Below, piece by piece: positions 1 through 9,437 of a DNA stretch of 64,000 nt; the first letter of the stretch is position 1, and the number at the start of each line of letters is the position of its first letter. A program made the translations under genes and the position numbers. The DNA is taken from positions 96,001 through 160,000 of the forward strand of contig JAVZLM010000002.1 in NCBI GenBank assembly GCA_038883775.1, written 5' to 3'. The notes under the pieces are model-generated. The model saw only the letters and a program-made list of their open reading frames with translations, did no database searches and was not told the DNA's origin. This DNA is from Candidatus Bathyarchaeia archaeon (GTDB taxonomy: Archaea > Thermoproteota > Bathyarchaeia > Bathyarchaeales > Bathycorpusculaceae).

Positions 1-109
1 CGCAGTAGTCCCTGACTTCAAAGTATTCTTTTCCACAGATTCCGCAGCGCCTCCCTCTTAACCTATCGCCTAAATAGGAAACCCTTCTTTCTATTGGTTC
101 GCTGCTCAT
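1..109 (-). CDS. Zn-ribbon/OB-fold DUF35 (ChsH2-like) protein, 5' part only (runs off the window)
   Basis: Not in ORF track. ATG at 109-107 overlaps the thiolase TGA (ATGA). Translation MSSEPIERRVSYLGDRLRGRRCGICGKEYFEVRDYC matches the DUF35 N-terminal CxxC...C zinc ribbon; thiolase+DUF35 pairing is typical. Confidence 0.8.
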   Translation of the reverse strand, partial: MSSEPIERRVSYLGDRLRGRRCGICGKEYFEVRDYC

Positions 110-1314
110 TTATGGTTCCTCCCTAAAATGTGAACGTAACTTTTAGTTCCAAAACCCTCCAGTTCAACAATGCATCCGTAATTTAGTTTTTCATCACTTT
201 TGGCTTGGCGTTCTTCAGCTTCGCCCCTTAATTGTTTGAAAACTTCGAAAATTTGGGCTCCACCAGTGGCTCCCAGCGGGTTTCCATCAGCTTTTAATCC
301 ACCATTAAGGTTTGTGAAAAGCTTTTTTCCGTTAATTTCATAATAGCCATTGTAATCTTGACAGCTTTGGTATATGCTTTGCCAAGCCTTTCCATGTTCG
401 CAGAATCCTAAATCCTCCAGCGTAATCATCTCCATAACCGTGGACTGGTCATAAAGTTCCAAAATTTGTATGTCCCAGAGGTTTATTCCAGCCATTTTTA
501 AGGCATTTTTTATGGCGATTTGGCTTGCAAGAAAATGAGTTAGGTTTTCTCTTGCCGGAAAAGTGAGATAGTCCGTGGCTGAAGAAGAACCGAGAACGTA
601 TATGGGCGTGTCGGTAAACTTTTCCGCAAAATCTTCGCTTGTTAAAATTAGCGCAGAGGCGCCATCAGAAATTGGTGCATAATCATAAAGTCCCAAAGGT
701 TTTCGCGCTTCTTTTCTAGCGTTTAAAACTTGCTCAAGGGTTATTTTTCTCTGAAACTGTGCATATTCATTTTTTGTGGCGTGGAAATGGTTTTTAACCG
801 ATATTTGGGCTAAGGCAATGTTTAATTTTTCAAGGTTTTCGCCATTTATCCCATATTTTTTAATGTAGGCCCTAAGCATAAGCTCATGGTTTGCTTCTGG
901 CGTGCACCCAGCATAATAGCTCCAAGGGTCTTCAAGAAGCATGAGATCATCTCGGATTTTGTCCCAGCGGTCTGTCATTTTTTCTATTCCGCCAACCAAA
1001 ACAACATTGTACCTTCCAGCTTGAATGGCGTTGCAAGCGTTCATTAGGGCTGAGCTGAAGGAGCGGGTTACTTCCATTGGAACATGCAACTCCGTAAGTT
1101 CTGAAAGGAAGCCTTCTTCCAATCCGAGCTTGTTTGTTATTGGTAGAAAATAGTCTGAAAGGTAACAAGCTTCCAAATCTTTGCGTTCTATGCCAGCTTC
1201 CTGTGAAGCCTTAAGCCAAGCCTCTTCGATAAGCTTTTCAGGCTCCTTCTCATAGTGTTCGCCGAATTTCGTTCTTCCTACTGCAACTATCGCTGGACGA
1301 TTTCCCATTATCAT
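106..1314 (-). CDS. Thiolase-fold (SCP2/archaeal type) protein with non-canonical active site
   Basis: AIVAVGRTKFG, VLVGGIEKM, PISDGASALIL, NLNGGLKADGNPLGATGGAQ motifs; catalytic Cys and His positions substituted. Confidence 0.9.
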   Translation of the reverse strand: MIMGNRPAIVAVGRTKFGEHYEKEPEKLIEEAWLKASQEAGIERKDLEACYLSDYFLPITNKLGLEEGFLSELTELHVPMEVTRSFSSALMNACNAIQAGRYNVVLVGGIEKMTDRWDKIRDDLMLLEDPWSYYAGCTPEANHELMLRAYIKKYGINGENLEKLNIALAQISVKNHFHATKNEYAQFQRKITLEQVLNARKEARKPLGLYDYAPISDGASALILTSEDFAEKFTDTPIYVLGSSSATDYLTFPARENLTHFLASQIAIKNALKMAGINLWDIQILELYDQSTVMEMITLEDLGFCEHGKAWQSIYQSCQDYNGYYEINGKKLFTNLNGGLKADGNPLGATGGAQIFEVFKQLRGEAEERQAKSDEKLNYGCIVELEGFGTKSYVHILGRNHK

Positions 1315-1494
1315 TTACACCTTTTGTTGTTAATTAGCAAATATCCCCTTCAATATGACTTTTAAGTGTTTTCCATTTCGAGGTTTTTATAAAAACCTAT
1401 AGAGGGTCTATCACTATTGGTTGATTTTCATTCCAAAAAATATGGTTTTTCTTGGAAAGTCTTAAGTGTCTAGCTCGTAAAGAAGAAGGGTTGA

Positions 1495-2523
1495 GTGAAA
1501 ATGAAGGTTGCCATGTATTACAGCCAAAGGGATATAAGAATTGAGGATCTGCCCGTCCCAAAAATTGGCGAAAACGAAGTTCTCGTGGAAATGCGGGCTT
1601 GTGGGTTATGCGGTTCTGACATGATGGATTGGTATTTGAAGGGGCGAGCGCCGCTTGTGCTTGGTCATGAACCAGCAGGCATAATAGCCAAAAAAGGAAG
1701 CAAAGTTAAAGATTTTAGTGTTGGCGATAGGGTTTTTGTGCATCATCATGTTGCTTGTCTAAAATGTCACTATTGCATACGTGGCGATTACACTTTATGC
1801 GAACAATTCCATAACACATATATTGAGCCAGGCGGCTTCGCAGAATATTTTCGGGTGCCAGCGCCAAACCTTGAAATTGACACTTTAAAAATTCCAGAAA
1901 GCCTAACGTTTGAAGAGGCAACATTCATAGAACCTGTTGGCTGCTGCATAAGAGCAATAAACAAGTGTAAATTGCAGACTGGCGATTCCATCGCCGTAAT
2001 AGGTTCTGGAAACATTGGAATAATCCACATAGCCCTATCAAAAATTTTCGGGGCCACAAAAATAATCGCCACAGACCTGATTGATTTTAGGCTTAGTATA
2101 GCTGAAAAGTTTGGAGCAGACGTTACCATTAATTCCAAAAAAGAAGATTTGGTGGGCGTAGTTAAGGCTGAAACTGATGGGCGCGGCGTGGATATCGCCT
2201 TTATCACAGCTCCGAGTTTAGAGGCTTATGAAGCGGGGTTAAAAATTTGCCGAAAAGGCGGAAAACTTTGCGTTTTCGCTCCGACAGAACCCAAAGAAAC
2301 GCTTCAGATAAGCCCAAAAGAATTGTTCTTTTCAGAAGCTCAAATAATCCCATCTTATTCAACTTCGCATCTGGAAACACGATTGGCTCTGGAGCTAATA
2401 AAATCTGGAAGACTAAATTTGAAAGGTTTGATTACGCATCGTTTTAGGCTTGAAGAGGCAGCTAAAGCGTTCAAAACAGCCTTAGAGAACAAAGAAAGCC
2501 TAAAAGTCATAATCCATAATTAA
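1495..2523 (+). CDS. Zn-dependent MDR-family dehydrogenase (sorbitol/threonine DH-like)
   Basis: CGSD, GHE, structural Zn CxxCxxC...C, GxGxxG Rossmann motif. Confidence 0.9.
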   Translation: MKMKVAMYYSQRDIRIEDLPVPKIGENEVLVEMRACGLCGSDMMDWYLKGRAPLVLGHEPAGIIAKKGSKVKDFSVGDRVFVHHHVACLKCHYCIRGDYTLCEQFHNTYIEPGGFAEYFRVPAPNLEIDTLKIPESLTFEEATFIEPVGCCIRAINKCKLQTGDSIAVIGSGNIGIIHIALSKIFGATKIIATDLIDFRLSIAEKFGADVTINSKKEDLVGVVKAETDGRGVDIAFITAPSLEAYEAGLKICRKGGKLCVFAPTEPKETLQISPKELFFSEAQIIPSYSTSHLETRLALELIKSGRLNLKGLITHRFRLEEAAKAFKTALENKESLKVIIHN

Positions 2524-2594
2524 TCCTGTATGTGAACATCCTTTTGCTGTGTCTTATGTAAGCTTAAAATATTCTCCGAATCACATTATTAGAA

Positions 2595-2933
2595 ATGGAG
2601 ACACCAATGGTTGAGAAAAATGTTAAAAAATGCTATTCTTGCAATATTGATATGCAGCAAGCTTCAGAGAGAGTGCCGTTTAGAATTAGAGGAACACTGG
2701 GATTTTGGAAATTGATATTTGGAGAGTGGGCGGAGCTTGGTGAAGAGATGCTTTACCTTGACGTTTATGTTTGCCCCAAGTGTTGAGAAGTTCGATTATT
2801 TGCCAATGAAGAAGCAAAAAAGTCCCTAATAAAGGTGACACCTAAAGCATTTCTGAAAAATTGTGTCGCTTGTGGAAAAGCAATCCCAATAGTTTCAGAA
2901 AAATGTCCATACTGCCAACAAGAACAAAAGTAA
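2595..2933 (+). pseudogene. Multi zinc-ribbon protein interrupted by an in-frame TGA at 2784-2786
   Basis: Frame continues past the stop: ...YVCPKC*EVRLFANEEAKKSLIKVTPKAFLKNCVACGKAIPIVSEKCPYCQQEQK-TAA(2931-2933); four CxxC pairs in total. Confidence 0.7.
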
Positions 2934-3060
2934 AGACATATAAGAGCATCCAACAGTATCCGATTAGCGGTAAATAACGACATAGAGAAACTTTATTCTA
3001 AATTCATAAGTATTATCTCGTTTTCATGTTTTTGTTTAGTTAAATAGAAGGTTTGAGTGA

Positions 3061-3264
3061 TTGCATAGAGAAGTGTTTTCTTGGAAGTTGTTGTTTGCCG
3101 CATTGGTTCTTGTGGTTGTTGGTGTGTTTTTGATGTTTCAAAGTTCCAATATGCTTTTTACAACGAATCCTCTCGCTATTGTTTTCATGTTATTGGCTGT
3201 ATTTTTCATTTTTTCTGGGATAATCCTAATCCTTTTGGGTTTGGCGGCTATGGCTTCTGTTTAA
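3061..3264 (+). CDS. Small two-TM membrane protein
   Basis: Two hydrophobic helices; TTG start preceded by GAGTGA. Confidence 0.55.
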   Translation: MHREVFSWKLLFAALVLVVVGVFLMFQSSNMLFTTNPLAIVFMLLAVFFIFSGIILILLGLAAMASV

Positions 3265-3307
3265 AGAGGAAAATTCCATATAGTTTAGCCTACAATCATA
3301 AAAGCAA

Positions 3308-4345
3308 GTGGTACGCATGAAGGCAGCAATGCTATACGGCATAAAAGACTTAAGGATTGAGGAAAAACCTAAGCCAGAAGTGAATGCTGGCGAAGTCCTC
3401 GTAAAGGTTAAAGCGGCTACAACATGCGGAACAGACCTAAAAATCTTCCAAAGGGGCTACGTTGAAAAAGTGATTAAGCTTCCAACAGCCTTTGGGCATG
3501 AATGGGCTGGAGAAGTGATTGAAGTTGGCAGCGGCTTAGAATGGCCAAAAAAGGGTATGCGTGTCCGTGCTGGAAACAGCGCTCCATGCCTGCGCTGCGC
3601 CATGTGCCAGAAGGGTAAGTATAATCTTTGTGAAAACATGATTTGGTTGTGGGGCGCTTATGCGGAATACATTAAGGTTCCAGCCCGCATGGTTCTGGTG
3701 AATATGCAAGAAATTCCACGGCACGTTTCTTATGAGGAGGCAGCCATAACAGAACCATTAGCCTGCGTCTTGCACGGAGTTGAAGAGGCAAAAGTCAAGT
3801 TAGGCGATACTGTTGCCATAATCGGCGCTGGACCAATAGGATTACTGCACTTACTAACTGTGAAGAAGTTGGGCGTTGAAAAAGTAATTGTAATAGACCT
3901 TATTGATGAAAGGCTCAGCTTTGCTGAAAAACTCGGCGCGAATGAAACAATTAACGCAGGAAAAGAGAATGTTACTGAAAAAGTTAGGCAATTAACAGGC
4001 GGCTATGGTGCAGATGTTGTTATTGAAGCCATAGGTCTGCCAACAACATGGGAGCAAGCCTTAACGCTTGTCAGAAAAGGCGGAACAGTTCTCGAATTTG
4101 GCGGGTGCCCGCCCGGAACAGAGATTAAGATTAGCACTGAAATGCTTCACTACGGGGAAATCACAGTTCGCGGCGCTTTCCATACAACCCCCCTGCATTT
4201 TAGGAAAGCCCTAAACTTAATAGCCTCAAGAACAATCGATGTTAAACCACTCATAACAAGAAAAATGGGACTAAACGAGATTAAGGAAGCCTTCCAAATA
4301 CTTACTACATCAAAGAACGAGATAAAAATCGCAATAATTCCTTAA
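3308..4345 (+). CDS. Zn-dependent MDR-family dehydrogenase
   Basis: CGTD, GHE, CLRCAMC...C, GAGPIG. Confidence 0.9.
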   Translation: MVRMKAAMLYGIKDLRIEEKPKPEVNAGEVLVKVKAATTCGTDLKIFQRGYVEKVIKLPTAFGHEWAGEVIEVGSGLEWPKKGMRVRAGNSAPCLRCAMCQKGKYNLCENMIWLWGAYAEYIKVPARMVLVNMQEIPRHVSYEEAAITEPLACVLHGVEEAKVKLGDTVAIIGAGPIGLLHLLTVKKLGVEKVIVIDLIDERLSFAEKLGANETINAGKENVTEKVRQLTGGYGADVVIEAIGLPTTWEQALTLVRKGGTVLEFGGCPPGTEIKISTEMLHYGEITVRGAFHTTPLHFRKALNLIASRTIDVKPLITRKMGLNEIKEAFQILTTSKNEIKIAIIP

Positions 4346-4406
4346 CAAGCTTTGTTAAAGTGTTATTAGGAGTGGGCGCATAAAATTAAAGTGTGGTGTT
4401 GCGTAA

Positions 4407-4814
4407 ATGAAGTTTACATACACAGGAATCCGCGTCAGAAACCTTGAGCGCTCAATAGAGTTCTACACAAAGACCATGGGAATGAAAATTGTGCGAAGGG
4501 GCGAAATGGAGGCGGGCGGCATTTTCGTTCAGCTTAAAAGCGAAAAATCACCACAAATTTTAGAATTAAACTATTACCCGCCCGGAACAAAGTTTTATGA
4601 AGAATATGTTGCGGGTTCAGAGTTGGACCACTTGGCGTTTTGGTGTGATGATGTTAGGAAAAGTTATGAAAAGGTTCTTGCTGGAGGCGCAACTTCTGCT
4701 GTTGAACCGTGGGATGAGGGTGGCTATACGTTAGCGTTTGTTAGAGACCCAGATGGAATTTGGATTGAACTTATTGGGAAAACTGTTAAGCCAGTTCTGC
4801 GCAAAAAGAGATAA
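4407..4814 (+). CDS. VOC/glyoxalase family protein
   Basis: RVRNLERSIEFY, LELNY, DHLAF, RDPDGIWIEL. Confidence 0.9.
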   Translation: MKFTYTGIRVRNLERSIEFYTKTMGMKIVRRGEMEAGGIFVQLKSEKSPQILELNYYPPGTKFYEEYVAGSELDHLAFWCDDVRKSYEKVLAGGATSAVEPWDEGGYTLAFVRDPDGIWIELIGKTVKPVLRKKR

Positions 4815-4832
4815 GTGTAGCATGGTTAGGGC

Positions 4833-5252
4833 TTGATGTCTGAAGCTGACGGTTACATCTTAAGAATAGCCACTGTAGAATGGGTTAACCAAGTTTTTGA
4901 AATGGCAATATATTACACTGGTTTTCGTAGGAAATGGAAGGTTGGGCAAACAATTCTTTTCGTTCATAAGACAGCCTTAGGCGATGCTTTCGTGGGTTAT
5001 GGGGAAATTGGAAATGTTTACGGTTTGGATCAGCTTTCTGAAGAGGAAAGGCGTGAATGTGAAAGGTGGGGTTGGAAGAAAGCCATAGAATTCAAATACA
5101 TAATACGCTTCGAAAAGCCCCTACCAGTAAAGGAGACTTTCCTCAAAGATTTGAAAATTCGCGGCAGGGCCCTTCACGGTTTTCCACTCAGCAAAGAACA
5201 ATTAAATTCTGTTATAGGCGCCGCCGAAAAGCTTCAGCATAAAACGCCTTGA
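4833..5252 (+). CDS. EVE/PUA-like domain protein
   Basis: WKVGQTILFVHK...FVGYGEI pattern typical of EVE-like domains. Confidence 0.55.
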   Translation: MMSEADGYILRIATVEWVNQVFEMAIYYTGFRRKWKVGQTILFVHKTALGDAFVGYGEIGNVYGLDQLSEEERRECERWGWKKAIEFKYIIRFEKPLPVKETFLKDLKIRGRALHGFPLSKEQLNSVIGAAEKLQHKTP

Positions 5253-5325
5253 CTTTTTTAAACCACAAGGCTTAAGTGTTTAAGGCAATGTTATTTTGTT
5301 GTCAAATGCGTAGGTGTTGAAAAGT

Positions 5326-5802
5326 TTGGCAGTTGAAGGTTTTTCAGGAAGCAGACAACCAGTAGACGTGAAAGTAGGCGAATTAACCCCCCAATCTAGA
5401 GCAGTAAACGTCACAGCAAAAGTGGTTTCAAAAACCGAAATAAGAAACATAGCCACAGGAAGAGATGGCGCTCCACACCGCGTGTGTGACGCCTTAGTTG
5501 GCGACGAAACAGGCTGCGTTTATCTAACTTTATGGGACGACAATATCGAAAAAGTAAACGAAGGCGACACAATAAAAATTGGAAACGGCTACGTAACCCT
5601 CTTTAGGGGTAATATGCGCTTAAACGTTGGCAGATATGGCAACTTGGAAGTGGCGAAAGAAGCCTTAACCGTGGAAGTGAACACAGAAAATAATTTGTCC
5701 AGCAAAGTTTACGAGCAAGAGCGCAGACCCTTCAGAGGACGCGGCAGAAGAGACTTTAGCGGAAGAGAAAGACGGAGCGGTTACAGACAAAGAAGATACT
5801 AA
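5326..5802 (+). CDS. ssb: Single-stranded DNA-binding protein (single OB-fold, crenarchaeal-type, Arg-rich tail)
   Basis: VGDETGCVYLTLWD, NGYVTLFRGNMRLNVGRYG; RG-rich C-terminus; start could be 5314. Confidence 0.85.
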   Translation: MAVEGFSGSRQPVDVKVGELTPQSRAVNVTAKVVSKTEIRNIATGRDGAPHRVCDALVGDETGCVYLTLWDDNIEKVNEGDTIKIGNGYVTLFRGNMRLNVGRYGNLEVAKEALTVEVNTENNLSSKVYEQERRPFRGRGRRDFSGRERRSGYRQRRY

Positions 5803-5850
5803 AGCATTTAGCAAAAACAGTTTCCATTCACTTTCTTCTAACCCAGTAGT

Positions 5851-6171
5851 TTAGCGTTGACTTTCAACGGTATTTTTCGCATCCTTAATGTATAATAAAA
5901 AGCTGTAGCCCTTCTTTTCCTCATACTTCATTCCAATTTTATCATATAAACTTTTGATTATAGCTTTCTCGATAACAGCAGCGCCTAAACCGAAAATTTT
6001 GCGTAAACCATCAGCAAACTGTTCAAGCTTAACTGAAATTTCCTCCTTTTTGACTCCATACAAATTTTGAAGGTGAAAGTATACTGCTTCTCTTCCGCTT
6101 TCTCCAAGAGTCAACAACCCCTCATCAACAGCCTCAAGCAAAAATTGTTTAAAATTTTCTTTTTTGCTCAA
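5851..6171 (-). CDS. NitrOD5/DUF3227-like small helical protein
   Basis: AVDEGLLTLGES...FADGLRKIFGLGAAVIEKAI pattern. Confidence 0.65.
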   Translation of the reverse strand: MSKKENFKQFLLEAVDEGLLTLGESGREAVYFHLQNLYGVKKEEISVKLEQFADGLRKIFGLGAAVIEKAIIKSLYDKIGMKYEEKKGYSFLLYIKDAKNTVESQR

Positions 6172-6182
6172 GGCTTTCCACC

Positions 6183-6938
6183 CTAAAGCTCTTTTGTGTG
6201 AATGTAGAATGCTAATAGGAAGAAGATGTAACCGAAATGGTAAAAAAGTTCCAGAAAATGCCCATTATAATAGGTTTCTTGCAAGGTTGTGTAACTGAAG
6301 AGAATATCTCCACAAACATCCATAAAAATTCCCAAGTTAATGAGCAGCCAAGACTTCCCCAATTTTCCATTCATAAAAATTAATAGTCCAAGAAAAGAAA
6401 CAGAAAGCAAAGCAACATCAAGCAGAGGATAGGCAAAATCCACAGCTAAAGTCAACATATCCTCTTCTGAGCCAACAACTGGAGTAATTAACGTAAAGGA
6501 TATTGCCAAAGTCAAAACAATTGCAAGAGTCAAGGCGATGGCTAACATTTTCTTCGACAAAACTGCCCCAAAGATTTTCACATAAAAATATAGTGCAAAA
6601 AAGAATGGAATATACCCCACAATCCAAAAAGCATCAGCAATGGAAGGATATGGCACTTCCACATTCCAAATAAGCGTATAACCCATCCAAACAGATTCGC
6701 CTACAAACCAGAAGAACAATCCAGTTGTGAAGAGAAGCCATATTCTTGAAAAGCGTTCTTCAATTTTACGCCAATACTTCTGTAATGAAATTCCCGACAC
6801 TACAACGGCTGCCCCAGCAATTAAGGGTGAGAAAGCATTAGAGAAAAACACCATAAAATCTGAATAATAGCTTTGAAAAATGTAAATCAGCGCCAAGCCA
6901 ACCATCAGAGCTAAAGCAATTTTATAGACGGTTAACAT
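6183..6938 (-). CDS. Multi-pass (~7 TM) membrane sensor-like protein
   Basis: GESVW...PYPSIADAFW...YPLLD...GDILFSY pattern resembling membrane input domains of HK/DGC proteins; no cytoplasmic output domain. Confidence 0.6.
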   Translation of the reverse strand: MLTVYKIALALMVGLALIYIFQSYYSDFMVFFSNAFSPLIAGAAVVVSGISLQKYWRKIEERFSRIWLLFTTGLFFWFVGESVWMGYTLIWNVEVPYPSIADAFWIVGYIPFFFALYFYVKIFGAVLSKKMLAIALTLAIVLTLAISFTLITPVVGSEEDMLTLAVDFAYPLLDVALLSVSFLGLLIFMNGKLGKSWLLINLGIFMDVCGDILFSYTTLQETYYNGHFLELFYHFGYIFFLLAFYIHTKEL

Positions 6939-7126
6939 TGCCGCTGCCCCTTTAATTTAAGGGAAAAAGAGCCTTTCTTTTGCAACTATTTTAAAGTTAG
7001 GAATAGAGAATACAGATTCAGCCTAAACTAAATCCAATTTTGTTAAGTTTTTCCAAAATATACCGCAACCTTTTAAAACATGAAAATTCACAGAACACCC
7101 ATTCAAGTTAAAAGGAGAAAAATAAA

Positions 7127-8509
7127 ATGTCCAAGCCAAAAAAGGAGGAAAGAAAACCAACAGTGGAAGAGTTGTTGGCAAAAGCCAAAAAACCTTCGCA
7201 GCTGGCTCCACCAATGCACAAGTTTTATGAAGGAAAAGTTCAAGTAATGCCAAAATGCGCTATAACAAGTCCAGACGATTTCGCAATATGGTATACGCCC
7301 GGCGTTGCCGCTCCATGCAAAGAGATTCAGGCAAATCCGGAAAAATCTTTTGAGCTTACAAACCGTTGGAATTATGTGGCGGTTGTTTCTGATGGAACTC
7401 GTGTTTTAGGTTTAGGCGACATAGGACCAGAAGCAGCCATGCCAGTCATGGAAGGAAAAGCCTTACTATTCAAATATTTGGGCGGAGTGGACGCTTTCCC
7501 AATATGCCTAAAAACCAAAGATCCAGAAGAAATAATCCGAGCCTGCGAACTTATCGAGCCTTCTTTCGGCGGCATAAACCTAGAAGACATTGAAAAACCA
7601 AAATGCTTCTACGTTCTAGAAAAGGCAAGGGAACGCCTACAAATTCCAGTTTGGCATGACGACCAACAAGGAACAGCCACAGTAATATTGGCTGGTTTAA
7701 TCAACGCCTTCAAAATCGTTGGCAAAGACCCTAAAAAGAGTATGATAACCCTTATTGGTGCAGGTTCAGCCAACATCCGAACAGCCTATGTTCTAATAAG
7801 ATGGGGAATTAAGCCTGGCAACATAATAATGGTGGACACTAAAGGAATAATCCATGCTGGAAGAAAGGACATAACAAAAGAGGAAGACCCATGGAAATAT
7901 GACCTAGCCCAAAAAACAAACGCTGAGGGAAGAAGAGGCGACATATCAGAAGCTTTCAAAGGCGTAGATGCTGTGGTTGCTGCATCAAAGCCTGGACCAG
8001 ACACAATAAAGAAGGATTGGATACGCACAATGGCAGACAACTCTATAGTCTTCGCCTGCGCAAACCCAATACCAGAAATTTGGCCATGGGACGCCAAAGA
8101 AGCTGGAGCCCGCATAGTGGCAACTGGAAGAAGCGACTTTCCAAACCAAGTTAACAATAGCCTAGGCTTTCCAGCCATTTTCAGAGGCGTATTAGACGTA
8201 AAGGCGAAAACGGTGACGGATGACATGTGCATAGCAGCAGCTCAAGAACTGGCAAAATTTGCAGAGGAAAGGGGAATGCATGAGAACGATATTCTTCCAA
8301 GGATGGAGGAATGGGAAGTTTATCCGCGGGAGGCTGTGGCATGTGCACTAAAATCCATAGAGCAGGGCGTGGCGAGAGTTAAGCCAAGCAGAAAAGAGCT
8401 TTATGAAAGGGCTGTGGCAATAATTCAAAATGCAAGAAAATCTGCCGAAGAGTTAATGAAAAAAGGCTTGATAAAGCCGCCGCCACCAGAAAAGGAACTT
8501 CTGAAATAG
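7127..8509 (+). CDS. NAD(P)-dependent malic enzyme
   Basis: YTPGVA, VSDGTRVLGLGDIG, MEGKALLFK, INLEDI, HDDQQGT, ATGRSDFPNQVNN. Confidence 0.95.
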   Translation: MSKPKKEERKPTVEELLAKAKKPSQLAPPMHKFYEGKVQVMPKCAITSPDDFAIWYTPGVAAPCKEIQANPEKSFELTNRWNYVAVVSDGTRVLGLGDIGPEAAMPVMEGKALLFKYLGGVDAFPICLKTKDPEEIIRACELIEPSFGGINLEDIEKPKCFYVLEKARERLQIPVWHDDQQGTATVILAGLINAFKIVGKDPKKSMITLIGAGSANIRTAYVLIRWGIKPGNIIMVDTKGIIHAGRKDITKEEDPWKYDLAQKTNAEGRRGDISEAFKGVDAVVAASKPGPDTIKKDWIRTMADNSIVFACANPIPEIWPWDAKEAGARIVATGRSDFPNQVNNSLGFPAIFRGVLDVKAKTVTDDMCIAAAQELAKFAEERGMHENDILPRMEEWEVYPREAVACALKSIEQGVARVKPSRKELYERAVAIIQNARKSAEELMKKGLIKPPPPEKELLK

Positions 8510-8590
8510 AAAAAGGTCTGTAATAACACCAAATTTCAATTTTTATTTGGAATTTGTCGAAAATTATTTAAACTCTTCCATAGAACATAC

Positions 8591-9070
8591 ATGGTTAGGA
8601 GAGAGAAAATCCATATGCGTTCAGATTATGCCCTATACACAGTAGCGATAATCTTTTTCATAATAACAGGCATAGTGCTCGTCTACCAAGTGGAGTTTAA
8701 AGAACTATGGGTTGTCACAACAGCAGTCTTAGGGCTTCTCTTTATAGGGCTAGGCTATTCCCAAAGAGCCAAACCACAAGTTAAAGCAGCAGAACCCACA
8801 CTAACGCCCGCACCCCAGCCAACAGTCACAGAAGTTAGGGTCGAAGAAAAACCTGTAACCACCGTGGAAGTTGCGCCTCCAACCTTAGAGCTTACTCAAG
8901 TGAAGGGGATTAAGGAGAAGCGGGCTGGACAGTTGAAGGCTTTGGGCATAAACAGCGTTGAAGATTTGGCAAAGGCTTCTTCTGAAGATTTGGCTGCAAA
9001 ACTTAAGATTTCGCCGAAGATTGTTGAAAGATGGATTGAAGACGCCCAAAAACTCCTTAAAAAATCCTGA
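8591..9070 (+). CDS. Membrane-anchored helix-hairpin-helix (DUF4332-like) protein
   Basis: Two N-terminal TM helices, Pro/Thr linker, LTQVKGIKEKRAGQLKALGINSVEDLA HhH. Confidence 0.7.
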   Translation: MVRREKIHMRSDYALYTVAIIFFIITGIVLVYQVEFKELWVVTTAVLGLLFIGLGYSQRAKPQVKAAEPTLTPAPQPTVTEVRVEEKPVTTVEVAPPTLELTQVKGIKEKRAGQLKALGINSVEDLAKASSEDLAAKLKISPKIVERWIEDAQKLLKKS

Positions 9071-9092
9071 AAAAGGGGCTAAAAAGGGAAAT

Positions 9093-9362
9093 CTAACCTA
9101 CAATGGTTAAGATTCTTATTATATTCCTTCTTTCAAGCCTTCTTAAAGCATCCAAAAACTCATTCTTCTTTTTCCCAGTTAAATTGAAGCTTTTAATCAT
9201 ATCCTTTATTGGCATTTCCGGCTTACCAAAACTCAAATTCCTCTTATAAAGATGTTTCACTATTGAGCGTTCCAGTTTTCCGCAACGCCATGTAGTATTC
9301 CGAATAAGAACGGCTATAGCCCTCGCCAACTTCCTCGTTTCGCTTCTCTTTTTTCGAGCCAA
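9093..9362 (-). CDS. Small basic hypothetical protein (possible wHTH)
   Basis: Basic; C-terminal FLDALRRLERRNII resembles a wHTH recognition helix; GGAG upstream of TTG. Confidence 0.6.
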   Translation of the reverse strand: MARKKRSETRKLARAIAVLIRNTTWRCGKLERSIVKHLYKRNLSFGKPEMPIKDMIKSFNLTGKKKNEFLDALRRLERRNIIRILTIVG

Positions 9363-9437
9363 CTCCTTTCACAATAAATATATTTAGCTTAAACATTTTT
9401 AGAGTTTGCGTTTCAAACAAGAAATTGAGGGGAAAGC

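Noticed and set aside
2784-2786. Selenocysteine or genetic-code reassignment of TGA
   Set aside because: The position corresponds to Gly after CxxC, many genes here end in TGA, and no SECIS was recognised.
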